The notes under the pieces are model-generated. The model had not been told where the DNA came from, searched no databases, and saw only the letters and a program-made list of their open reading frames with translations. Of a stretch of DNA of 42,965 bases, positions 8,674 through 17,108 are shown in pieces; the first letter of the stretch is position 1; every line of letters starts with the position of its first letter. This stretch comes from Elusimicrobiota bacterium (lineage in GTDB: Bacteria; Elusimicrobiota; Elusimicrobia; UBA1565; UBA9628): the NCBI GenBank assembly GCA_038060535.1, contig JBBTHA010000037.1:1-42965 (forward strand), in the 5' to 3' direction. The translations under genes were made by a program, and so were the position numbers.

Positions 8674-10607
8674 GAAGTCGTGGCCACGACCCGATGATAC
8701 CAAGAGGCGCCAAGCGCCAGCAATGAGGCCCATGTCACTATCAACCCCACACGCCACGGCAGCGGTTCATATCGCCACCGTATGGTCCAGGGTCCGGCCG
8801 GAGTCGCCACTTTTTGAAACGCCTCCAATGCCGGCCGAGACGTGACTCGCAATTCCTTCTCCCCGGAGGATAAAGCGATTGTCCATCCCGGGAAACGCGG
8901 CTCAGAAACAAACACCCACCCCTCCCCGAATCCCGAGACTTCAAACCGATCCTCTCGAGGCCATCGAAGTTCAAGAGGAGCCCCGAGCGGGGGCGGCGCC
9001 GGCGGCCATTCTTCTGGAAAAGACGCCCCTTGTTCCGGGGAGAGTCGATAGGCCAGGGAAACCTGTCCCCGCACTCGAGACACTTCCCAAAGGCTGCGGC
9101 CCTCCGAAGAAAGACGCGCGGAATCGACCTTCTCCGGCGTCAACAGTCGCGACGCCCCGATCCAGGGCATCCAGCCCGCCGCCGCATCTGCCCCGGGCAA
9201 CGTGAACAACGCGTCCATCACCGCGTAGGATGCGGCGGGAACGAGCGGTTCGCCGAAATTCGTCGCGGCGCGGATCCGGTAGGGCGCATTGGTCAGACCG
9301 TACAAACGTTGCTTCCAGTCGAAAACCCCGGAGCCGGTGGACGCCTGAAGCGCACGGGGAGAGATCAAATACCGCGTGGAACCGAGCGTCTCCTGCAAAG
9401 TCCTCGCCAAAACGCCCGCTTCGGTGAACAGGGATTTAGGCGCCAGCGGGGTGGCGCTACGACCGATAAAGATCAACTCAACGGCCAGCGCGAGAACAAG
9501 GGCTGAGCCCGCTCGCCCCCGGCTGATTCCCGCTCCAGCCAATACGGCGAACAACGGCAGGGCAATGTAGGATAGATTTCCGGGATACCGAACAAAACGC
9601 AAAAAGGAAAGCTTGCCCCACAACTCGGACGAGACCGGGTTAGAGCCCCCCAGCGTGAGGAGAAAAACGGCGGACAACGCCGCGACAAGAATCAGCGCTC
9701 TCTTTCTCGGCAGGGCGGCCGCGCCATACCCCGCCGCGCAGGCTCCGAAAACCCCCAAATAGACGGTTTTATACCAATCATCGGCGGGATGGAAGCGAGA
9801 CCATCCGACCGCAAGAGGACCCAACCACTGAAGAAAGTCAATCGTCTGGAATCCCCAGGTCAACGCCTCGACAAGACCCACTCCCGCAGCACGACGGGAA
9901 AAAACGGCCAGTTCCAAACCGGGCAGAAGCTGCACGGCGGCCACGGCCGCGGCCAACAGGCCTGCAAGCGCCCAGTTCATGGCGGCGGCTCTCCAACACG
10001 TTCGCTGCGTTCGAGCGGCCACGGCCACGGCCCAAACCGCGCACGCGCAACCGGGGATGAACGTCGGGTAGCCCGCAAAAATCATCAACGCCAGAATCGC
10101 GGCCAATTGAGCGGGACGGCGAAAAAACAGCCCCAATGCGGGAGTCCATGTCAACGTGGCCAGATGATTCAGGTAGGGAAGCCGGGCGATCATGACTCCA
10201 CTGAAAGCGAACACAAGGGCGCCTCCTAAGCTCGCGCCCCACGACAATCTCCACGTGCGAAGCCACAACGCGCACAAGAACCCCGCCAACAAAAGATGAA
10301 GAGCTTGAAAACAAGCCGTCGCCGTTGAAAAACCGAATAGATAGAACAGGATCGTCGGGGGGTAAAACAATCCCCCCTGCATCGAGGCCGCCATGGGCAT
10401 GCCGAAGTAGAGAGACGGTTCCCATAACGGCGTCCGGCCCGCCATGATCATCATCGCCGGCCCCGCCCGCCAGCTCTGATGCAGATAGGTTAGGTCGCTC
10501 CAAAACGTGCTCAGTCCGCGAAGCCACTGCAGTCCTAATAAGAAAAAAATAACGGAGACGAAAAACGTCCCGACGATGATTTCAGGGGCGATTCGCTTAT
10601 TTTTCAT
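8670..10607 (-). CDS. YfhO-like polytopic membrane protein (putative GT-C glycosyltransferase), copy 1
   Basis: SDL...PLWEP..YFGMP..ASMQ..LFYP, RYP, and 'EPRFPGW...WRYEP'. Paralogous architecture to the next gene. Start ATG 10607. Confidence 0.75.
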   Translation of the reverse strand: MKNKRIAPEIIVGTFFVSVIFFLLGLQWLRGLSTFWSDLTYLHQSWRAGPAMMIMAGRTPLWEPSLYFGMPMAASMQGGLFYPPTILFYLFGFSTATACFQALHLLLAGFLCALWLRTWRLSWGASLGGALVFAFSGVMIARLPYLNHLATLTWTPALGLFFRRPAQLAAILALMIFAGYPTFIPGCACAVWAVAVAARTQRTCWRAAAMNWALAGLLAAAVAAVQLLPGLELAVFSRRAAGVGLVEALTWGFQTIDFLQWLGPLAVGWSRFHPADDWYKTVYLGVFGACAAGYGAAALPRKRALILVAALSAVFLLTLGGSNPVSSELWGKLSFLRFVRYPGNLSYIALPLFAVLAGAGISRGRAGSALVLALAVELIFIGRSATPLAPKSLFTEAGVLARTLQETLGSTRYLISPRALQASTGSGVFDWKQRLYGLTNAPYRIRAATNFGEPLVPAASYAVMDALFTLPGADAAAGWMPWIGASRLLTPEKVDSARLSSEGRSLWEVSRVRGQVSLAYRLSPEQGASFPEEWPPAPPPLGAPLELRWPREDRFEVSGFGEGWVFVSEPRFPGWTIALSSGEKELRVTSRPALEAFQKVATPAGPWTIRWRYEPLPWRVGLIVTWASLLALGASWYHRVVATTS

Positions 10608-12012
10608 GACCGGGCGCGCCGGGCGGGGCGGAGTCGCGCGCGAGCGCATCAAGCGCAATCCGATACGAAACGCGATATGGGTCCAGGGATGAGGCCCGCT
10701 TCATATGCTCCGCCGCAAGGGCCAAGGACTCGCGGGAGGGATTTGATCCCGCGACGGCCACCGCGACGTCCGCTCGCAGGCGCGCCGCCTCGGGGTGGGG
10801 GGCGATGGCCTCCGAGCGGGCGAGCAGGGCGTCCGCGCCCTGCAAATCGTCGCCGCGAATCAATTCAACGCTCCTGGTCCGCAAACGTTCGGCAGTCCAT
10901 TCATGCCAAACGCATCGACCCGCCGCGCCGGCGACAATCAGCGTCAAAACGCAGCTGAACAAACGATACCGAAAGGGAATATTGAGAACTCGCCCTGATT
11001 CCGGAATGGAAAACGCGGCCGAAACGCAAAAAAACCAAAAAATTCCGGGCACGGAAAGCGCATAGTCGGCCAATCCTTGTATCAAAATCGCGATGGGACC
11101 AAAGCGTTTCTCCGCGGGGGAATGGACGAACAGCGCGGCAAGGCCGCATGACCACAAGGCCAGATAGACCCAGCCTCGCTCCGCGGCGGTCTCCAGCACG
11201 TATTGATAGGCATGGAGGGTCGACAGGTCGGGACGCGCGGGAACGTGCGCGGCAAATGCGTGAGCGAAAGCTCCTGGGCCCAAGCCCAGCCAGGGGTCGC
11301 CGGCCGCCATAGACCAGGCCGCTCGCCACCATTCGATCCGATGCATGACTTCGGGCGATTGGAGCTTGCTGTAAAACGACACCAATCCCACGAACCCCGC
11401 CACGGCCCCCCACCAAAACGCCGCCGCTCCCGCGGCCCGACGGTGAAGAAGCAATGCGACCGCTAGGCCGAGCCATGCGCCGATTGAATGGGTCCACCAC
11501 AAACACACCATGAGACCCGCCGCAAGAAATCCGTCCCCCGCTCGAATCGCGATGGGAAGAAGTAAAAGAATCGCCCCGGCAAAAACGTTCTGACTGAAGA
11601 AGCTGGCCGGGGGGCGCGCCTGGCCATGAAACCTCTGGTAAAGAGCCACCAACACCAATATCCACGCCACCATCCGGGCGACTCGTTTAATTTTTTCGCG
11701 CCCCTCGTTGTCGATAACGGAAACGACCGGGAAGAGCATCAGCCCCATCGTGGACACAGCCCAGGCTCTGCGCGAATACACATGAATCAGACTCAACTCC
11801 ATGGAGGCGGCGGCCAGAGCGACCAAGGCCAAGATCCAAAGAATCAAGTTATTCTCGGAAAGAGGGATCCAGCCTCGCATGATCTGTGCGCACAGCCATG
11901 CGGCGCCGCCGGTCAAAAACGCCAAGAGCAGCGTCGCCTGAACCCAGGAATCCAGCGCTCCCCTCAGCAGAAGCCCCGCGGCGACGATGAGTCCAACGAG
12001 GCCGGCAAGCAC
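10597..12012 (-). CDS. O-antigen ligase (Wzy_C/WaaL/O-OTase-like) membrane protein with C-terminal TPR-like helices
   Basis: Multiple TMs, 'RPPASFFSQNVFAG', 'RIEWWRAAWSM..DPWLGLGPGAF', and 'HAYQYVLETAAERG'. Confidence 0.75.
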   Translation of the reverse strand: MLAGLVGLIVAAGLLLRGALDSWVQATLLLAFLTGGAAWLCAQIMRGWIPLSENNLILWILALVALAAASMELSLIHVYSRRAWAVSTMGLMLFPVVSVIDNEGREKIKRVARMVAWILVLVALYQRFHGQARPPASFFSQNVFAGAILLLLPIAIRAGDGFLAAGLMVCLWWTHSIGAWLGLAVALLLHRRAAGAAAFWWGAVAGFVGLVSFYSKLQSPEVMHRIEWWRAAWSMAAGDPWLGLGPGAFAHAFAAHVPARPDLSTLHAYQYVLETAAERGWVYLALWSCGLAALFVHSPAEKRFGPIAILIQGLADYALSVPGIFWFFCVSAAFSIPESGRVLNIPFRYRLFSCVLTLIVAGAAGRCVWHEWTAERLRTRSVELIRGDDLQGADALLARSEAIAPHPEAARLRADVAVAVAGSNPSRESLALAAEHMKRASSLDPYRVSYRIALDALARDSAPPGAPGHEK

Positions 12013-12018
12013 AGAGGG

Positions 12019-14061
12019 TTAGTCGGGGAGAATCCTCGTCGTAACGAAGATGAGAAGTTCCGATCGCACCCGAGTTTTGGTCTTCTTCTTAAACAACCAG
12101 CCAAGGATCGGAATATCTCCGAGCAAGGGGACCTTTGAGATCGTATCCTGCATGGAATCGCTGATCAGCCCTCCGATGACGATCGTCTCCCCGTCGCGCA
12201 CGAGCACCGTGGTCGTGGCCGTGCGGGCGTCGACGGCGGGGGCTCCGGTCTGAGTGCTGCCGGCCGCGGTCACGGAAGGCTGACTGACGTCCGGGTTGAT
12301 CTGAAGAGTGATGCGGCCGTCGGCGTTGATGCTGGGCGTCACCGTCAACTTGATTCCGGTCGTCACATACGCCACCGACTGAGTCTGCACGCCGGTCGAC
12401 GCCACGTTCGAAGTCACATATGGAATCTGCGTCGTGACGTTGATGTTGGCCGGCTGATTGTTCAGGGTCGCGATCTTCGGCTCCGACAAGACCTTTGCTT
12501 TACCCTCGGACGCCGCCGCCGTCAGGGTCGCGTTGAGGATGAAGTTGTTGGTGATACGTCCGAGCGTCAAAGCCCCGAAAACGCGGTCGGCCGCCAAGCT
12601 CACTCCCGTTCCGCGGCCGGAAGCGCCGGTCTGTTGAGTGAATTCCTGCGTATTCATGTCCAGGTTGGGATTAAGAACGGTGGATCCCGCGGGCGGGACG
12701 GCCTTCACGGTACTGCCCGCCCAATTCGTCCCCGATTTACCTCCGATGCGGCCGGGCTCGCTCATCAGATAATCCCATTGCACGCCGTAGTTGAGGCCGC
12801 TATTAGCGTTGATCTCGACAAGCTTGGCCTCGATGAGGACCTGACGGGGCCTCTGGTCAAGTTGGGCGATCAAATTATCGGCCGACAACAGCCCCTCCAA
12901 AGTATCGGTCACGATCAGGGAGTTGGTCTTCGAGTCAGCCGTCGAGCTTCCTGTGCGGCCCTCGGCTAATCGGACGGCGTCGATCGTCGTTTTGACTTCC
13001 AGCGCCTTGGCATAGTTAAGCTGGAAAACGCGGGTAATCGCGGTGGAATTCGTGCGTTGTTTGGAGAGCTCCGCGGGGGTCATCACCCGCAGGATGTTGT
13101 CGCCGACCTGGTCGGTCGTCAATTTCATCATCGACAAGGCGGTCCGAAACGCCTCGTTGAAAGGCACTTCCGACAGATGAAGCGTCAAGGATCCGGTGAC
13201 GTCGGGGCCAAACACGATGTTGACCTTGGATTTCGCCGCCAGGAGACGGATCACGTCTCGAATGTCCGTGTTGTCGAAATCCAGGGTCACGAGGTCCCGG
13301 GGCATGCGGCTCATGATATCCCGGAAAATTCTTCCGCCCGTACGACGGTCCGCGCGTTCCACATCACTCCCATCGTCTGAAATATTGATTTTCGTTTTCG
13401 TGATGTCCGAAGCCGCCGCCGCCGCGGCGAGCTCTTTATTCATCGTTTTTTCCAAGCCCGCGCGGCGCAAAGCTTGACCCGCATCCGTCGTCACTCGGGG
13501 TTTTGAACGGTGTGCCGGCTCCGGCTCCGGCTCCGGGGCCCGCTGAGGCTCTTCCTCCACGGCCGCAGCCACAATGGGCTCCGTTTTCGCCGCGGCTACG
13601 GCGCGTTTGGCGATGACGGGCCTTGGAGTCTCCGCGGCCCGCGCCTCATCCTGAACCGAACCAATGAGCTGAACAGTCAAGCCCGCCGCGGTGCTTCCGA
13701 CCTTGTACCCGACCATCTTCGCCAAATCAAACACAACGCGCGTGATCAAACGCGGGGATTTGGTGAATTGGCTCGAACGCACGGTCGACACAAACAGCCC
13801 TTTGCCCTGAGTGAGCTGGCTTTCCCCATCATGCTGCACATCAAGCAATTCCATCACCAGGCGAGGGGGGGTCTGGGTGAGAAAACTGTTGTAGAGCACG
13901 GAGGTGCTGATCTTGATCGTCACGAAGTCCTCGGCGACTTCAATTCCTTGAAACTTCGCCGGCTCCGCCGCCATCGCGGGGATGACTCCCGTTGGAATGG
14001 AGAGGACGACGGCTAAGACCGCCGCCAGGGCTTTTCTTAGAGGAAGATTTTGATTGGTCAT
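12019..14061 (-). CDS. pilQ: Type IV pilus secretin PilQ (signal peptide, AMIN domain, N-domains, secretin)
   Basis: PPRLVMEL (AMIN), VTLDFDNTDIRDV, QVLIEAKLVE, and DGETIVIGG..SKVPLLGDIPILGWLF..ELLIFVT. Follows pilMNOP. Confidence 0.92.
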   Translation of the reverse strand: MTNQNLPLRKALAAVLAVVLSIPTGVIPAMAAEPAKFQGIEVAEDFVTIKISTSVLYNSFLTQTPPRLVMELLDVQHDGESQLTQGKGLFVSTVRSSQFTKSPRLITRVVFDLAKMVGYKVGSTAAGLTVQLIGSVQDEARAAETPRPVIAKRAVAAAKTEPIVAAAVEEEPQRAPEPEPEPAHRSKPRVTTDAGQALRRAGLEKTMNKELAAAAAASDITKTKINISDDGSDVERADRRTGGRIFRDIMSRMPRDLVTLDFDNTDIRDVIRLLAAKSKVNIVFGPDVTGSLTLHLSEVPFNEAFRTALSMMKLTTDQVGDNILRVMTPAELSKQRTNSTAITRVFQLNYAKALEVKTTIDAVRLAEGRTGSSTADSKTNSLIVTDTLEGLLSADNLIAQLDQRPRQVLIEAKLVEINANSGLNYGVQWDYLMSEPGRIGGKSGTNWAGSTVKAVPPAGSTVLNPNLDMNTQEFTQQTGASGRGTGVSLAADRVFGALTLGRITNNFILNATLTAAASEGKAKVLSEPKIATLNNQPANINVTTQIPYVTSNVASTGVQTQSVAYVTTGIKLTVTPSINADGRITLQINPDVSQPSVTAAGSTQTGAPAVDARTATTTVLVRDGETIVIGGLISDSMQDTISKVPLLGDIPILGWLFKKKTKTRVRSELLIFVTTRILPD

Positions 14062-14075
14062 GGGGTTCTCCGCCG

Positions 14076-14543
14076 CTATGGCTTCTCCTTTTCTTTCTCT
14101 TCTTGGCCCATACGGAACACTTGGACGTCCTTGTCCGCCGTGATAAGTTCAACGATTTTCTGTTTCAATCGAATGCGCCCCGTGATTCCCGGCATCAACT
14201 TGTTGCGATCATTAAAGAACTTTCCCGCCCGGAGCATGTACGTCCGCCCCGCCTCGGAGGAAAATAGGGCAAAATCATTCAGGGAATCCTTCAGTATGCC
14301 GCGCAGAACCAACGCATGGATATCCACGACCGTCGACTCCTCATCCTTGGGATCCACAACGCGCGCGGCGCCGCCGCCCATCGTCACGGGGAGAAACGGA
14401 TCTCGGACCCGATCGCCGGTATACAGGCTCGAGATGGTTTGAGTGGACGTGCCGACCAGTGAGGAGGCTTCCGCCGCCTGCGGCGCCTGCGCGAGGGCAG
14501 GGCCGACGCTCAACATCAAAACGGCGAAGGTCGTAATGATCAT
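14076..14543 (-). CDS. pilP: PilP-like pilus assembly protein
   Basis: Located between pilO and pilQ, with an RDPF motif and L.LRGI beta-domain. Has a signal peptide but no Cys. Confidence 0.65.
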   Translation of the reverse strand: MIITTFAVLMLSVGPALAQAPQAAEASSLVGTSTQTISSLYTGDRVRDPFLPVTMGGGAARVVDPKDEESTVVDIHALVLRGILKDSLNDFALFSSEAGRTYMLRAGKFFNDRNKLMPGITGRIRLKQKIVELITADKDVQVFRMGQEEKEKEKP

Positions 14544-15085
14544 CCTTTGTATTGATACGACAGTAAGGTGAATGTCACGGTCATCTCGCCATCGGTGCCG
14601 GCGGCAGGATAGGTGATGTCCCTAATGTTAAAGATCCGATCCTCCAAGGCGAGCGCGGCGAGGAAACGGCCGATGCTATGGTAGCCCCCCTTCACCGCCA
14701 AGGGATAGGCCAATTCGATGAAATATTGCTGGCTTTTCTGCGCCCCTGGAGAAAAGCTTTGAAGCTGGACGCGGTTTCGCTGGGCCAACGCCGACAAAGT
14801 CAACAAGATATCGGGCACGGACTTGGACTTAGGGAGACGCTTCTCGGCTTCGATGGCCCTCTCATTGAGCCTGGCGATCTCATCTTGCAGGTTCTTCAAT
14901 CGGGCCGCCTGCTGTTTTGCCTTCGCGATTTTCAGGACAATCTGGTCGATTTTCTCGCGCGCCTCCCCCTTGGCCGCGGCGACCGGAAGCCAAAAGAATT
15001 TCACATGGACAAAACCAAAAGCAGCGAGCATGAACACGCCCGCCGCGACGTATTGTTTCTGGTTCTTCGACAATTGAATCGCCAT
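14540..15085 (-). CDS. pilO: Type IV pilus assembly protein PilO
   Basis: N-terminal TM, coiled coil, 'RLPKSKSVPDIL', and 'GGYHSIGRFL...RIFNI'. Confidence 0.88.
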   Translation of the reverse strand: MAIQLSKNQKQYVAAGVFMLAAFGFVHVKFFWLPVAAAKGEAREKIDQIVLKIAKAKQQAARLKNLQDEIARLNERAIEAEKRLPKSKSVPDILLTLSALAQRNRVQLQSFSPGAQKSQQYFIELAYPLAVKGGYHSIGRFLAALALEDRIFNIRDITYPAAGTDGEMTVTFTLLSYQYKG

Positions 15086-15086
15086 A

Positions 15087-15629
15087 TTATTTGCTCGTGT
15101 ACGTCGCCGTCAAGCCGAAAACGTACAGTCCCGCCGTCGCCGTCACATTGCCGATTTCAACGGAAGAAAACTTTGGATTCTTTTCCATCGTCTTGACCCA
15201 GCCCGCAATATCCTCGTTGGTGTTCGCCACGGCCCCGATGTTGAGTTTGATCGCCCCCGCACCCTGACCCGCGGTCGACACTGAATTGACCCGGACCCCC
15301 GCAGGGACCGATCGCGCGAACTCGGACATAAAAATCGGATAGTAAGCGCGCCCGAGCAAGAGGTCTTCGATGACGCCCAAGCGCGCGCGCACCGCATTGG
15401 CCGCCTTCTCAAGCTCCTCGACCTGCTTGACGATCGCGTCGAGGCGTTGAAGCTCCGCCTCCTGCTCAATGAGATTTTGTTCCAGACGATGCTTCCCATA
15501 CCAATGTCCAAAAGAAACTCCCGTCACCCCTAGGGCCAAAACGGTGCCCAAAAGCACGCCCTGCAGCACCAATTGGCGTTGCTTGGCTCTGGCGAGAAGC
15601 TCCGAAGGGACGAGGTTGACCTTGATCAT
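15087..15629 (-). CDS. pilN: Type IV pilus assembly protein PilN
   Basis: MIKVNLVP (INLLP PilM-binding motif), TM, coiled coil, and 'VPAGVRVNSV'. Start moved to ATG 15629. Confidence 0.85.
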   Translation of the reverse strand: MIKVNLVPSELLARAKQRQLVLQGVLLGTVLALGVTGVSFGHWYGKHRLEQNLIEQEAELQRLDAIVKQVEELEKAANAVRARLGVIEDLLLGRAYYPIFMSEFARSVPAGVRVNSVSTAGQGAGAIKLNIGAVANTNEDIAGWVKTMEKNPKFSSVEIGNVTATAGLYVFGLTATYTSK

Positions 15630-15633
15630 GGCC

Positions 15634-16776
15634 TCACTCCCAATCCCCATTACGCCTAAGCGCCAGGCCGACAGCGACTCCAAAGGCCGGTGCCAGCTCC
15701 TCGGGCACGGCCTCCCCCCCCTTGGCGAGCAAGAACGGGTTGAGCACCGCGACCGGAACTTTCAGCTCTTGGGCAAGATGTCTATCGAGATTTCGCAGCC
15801 GGGAGCTTCCTCCGGTCAACATGATTCGCCCGATCGACCGGTCGGGGCCTTGAGAGAGATAGAAATCGACGGATCTGTGGACCTCGGCCACCAGGTCGCG
15901 CGCGACCTGGCTGATGGCCTGAGAGACGCCCAGACCGTCGCGGTCCCCCTCGGCCAGGGCTTTTTCCTTTTCGTCGGAATCAATGAAAATGCTCCGCGAG
16001 ACCTTAAGCTCCTCGGCCTTATCGGCATCGCATTGGAAGGCCTTCATGACGGCCTTGGTTATGGTATTTCCGGACACGAACACATCCCGAACAACGCGGG
16101 TGCTCCCGTTCTCAACGATCGAAAGATTCGTAACGAGATGGCCGATATTGAGATAGAGGGTGGCTCCGGGACCCTGCACAACGTCGGGTATCTTCTCATG
16201 AACATTTTCCAAGGCGAAACTGTCCACATCGATAATCGACGCATGCAGGCCAGCGCCATGAATGATGTCGAGGCGCTGGTTGACCAATTCTTTCTTGGCG
16301 GCGACAAGGACGGTCTCCATTTTTTTCTGGCCGTCCTCCACGATTTCGTTGAGAATGTGGAAGCCGAGTTGGACCTCGTTTATATCGAAGGGAATGAACG
16401 GTTCGGCTTCGGCGGCCAATGTCGACTGCAACTCGCTTCTCGTTAGACGCGGGAATTTGACATAGCGAACGATGACCGCGTTCCCGGACAATGAGGTCGC
16501 GGTCTCTTTAATCTTAATCCCCTTTTCCACGAAAAACACCCGGATCGCATTCGTTATCGCGATTTTCTTTTCATCCGGTCCGAGGTCCTGCTTCCCGGCC
16601 ATTGGCAAGTGACCCCAGGCCTTCAAGTTGACGACCCCGGATTCGATCTGGAACAAAACTATTTTAATCGCATATGTCCCGACGTCGATGCCGACGACGT
16701 CCCGAGGACCACGAAATAAGCCGGCCACCCTCTGCAAGGCGCCCAACTTCTCCTTGACCCCTGCGATCTTGGACAT
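15634..16776 (-). CDS. pilM: Type IV pilus assembly ATPase-like protein PilM
   Basis: VGIDVGTYAIK, FIPFDINEV, IDVDSFAL, LNIGH, LTGGSS, and AVGLALR (actin/FtsA-like fold). Confidence 0.93.
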   Translation of the reverse strand: MSKIAGVKEKLGALQRVAGLFRGPRDVVGIDVGTYAIKIVLFQIESGVVNLKAWGHLPMAGKQDLGPDEKKIAITNAIRVFFVEKGIKIKETATSLSGNAVIVRYVKFPRLTRSELQSTLAAEAEPFIPFDINEVQLGFHILNEIVEDGQKKMETVLVAAKKELVNQRLDIIHGAGLHASIIDVDSFALENVHEKIPDVVQGPGATLYLNIGHLVTNLSIVENGSTRVVRDVFVSGNTITKAVMKAFQCDADKAEELKVSRSIFIDSDEKEKALAEGDRDGLGVSQAISQVARDLVAEVHRSVDFYLSQGPDRSIGRIMLTGGSSRLRNLDRHLAQELKVPVAVLNPFLLAKGGEAVPEELAPAFGVAVGLALRRNGDWE

Positions 16777-16815
16777 TATCCTTTACTCCCTCGCTCGAAA
16801 ACGAATTTGAGCCAT

Positions 16816-16870
16816 AAAAAAGCGCCGACGCCCCCCCGTTATTCCCGGGAGGTCGGACTCGGCGCGTTTT
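16816..16870 (-). terminator. Intrinsic-terminator-like hairpin plus U6 tract in the pilM 5' leader
   Basis: Minus strand reads gcgccga-gtccgacctcccg-ggaataa-cggggggg-cg-tcggcgc-TTTTTT. It lies between the promoter (16885-16913) and the pilM start. Confidence 0.6.
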
Positions 16871-16884
16871 GTGTGCGGCACGGA

Positions 16885-16913
16885 GTTATAACAGGTTCCC
16901 AAACCCCTGTCAA
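16885..16913 (-). promoter_or_regulatory. Sigma70-type promoter for the pilM operon
   Basis: Minus strand TTGACA(16913-16908)-N17-TATAAC(16890-16885), with TG-t preceding the -10 (extended -10). Confidence 0.75.
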
Positions 16914-16959
16914 GCCCTCCGATCAAACGATTACCGATTTTACGAACTCCGTCACGCAA

Positions 16960-16993
16960 TAGGTAACAGGTTTATATAAACATGTCAAGCCCT
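16960..16993 (-). promoter_or_regulatory. Second, duplicated promoter/operator element 75 bp upstream
   Basis: taacaggtt-N10-tgtcaagccct occurs at 16889-16918 and again at 16964-16993. The minus strand gives TTGACA-N17-TACCTA, with the palindrome gtttatataaac at 16970-16981. Confidence 0.55.
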
Positions 16994-17074
16994 ACAAATC
17001 AGTGTTTACGATAATTTTACGCGCGCTTCGCCGCGAATTTGGGCCGCAAGCCCTGTCCGCCGGCCGCCTGGCGG

Positions 17075-17102
17075 ATGCCGATTCAAACGAATTTAGTACA
17101 AT
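17075..17102 (+). promoter_or_regulatory. Putative promoter for the inositol operon (-10 TACAAT), probably leaderless
   Basis: TACAAT at 17097-17102, 6 nt before the GTG start at 17109. Weak -35 ATGCCG at 17075-17080 and no SD. Confidence 0.45.
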
Positions 17103-17108
17103 CCTCTG

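Noticed and set aside
13515-13536. (ccggct)n repeat in pilQ
   Set aside because: It encodes a PEPEPEP linker, which is an ordinary in-frame low-complexity segment.
15714-15721. C8 tract (G8 on the coding strand) in pilM as a phase-variation site
   Set aside because: It is too short to be distinctive in GC-rich DNA, the frame is intact, and it encodes KGG.
16816-16884. Assignment of the pilM leader as a c-di-GMP or other known riboswitch
   Set aside because: It lacks the GEMM GNRA/receptor two-stem consensus and is too short. It is kept only as an unassigned hairpin.
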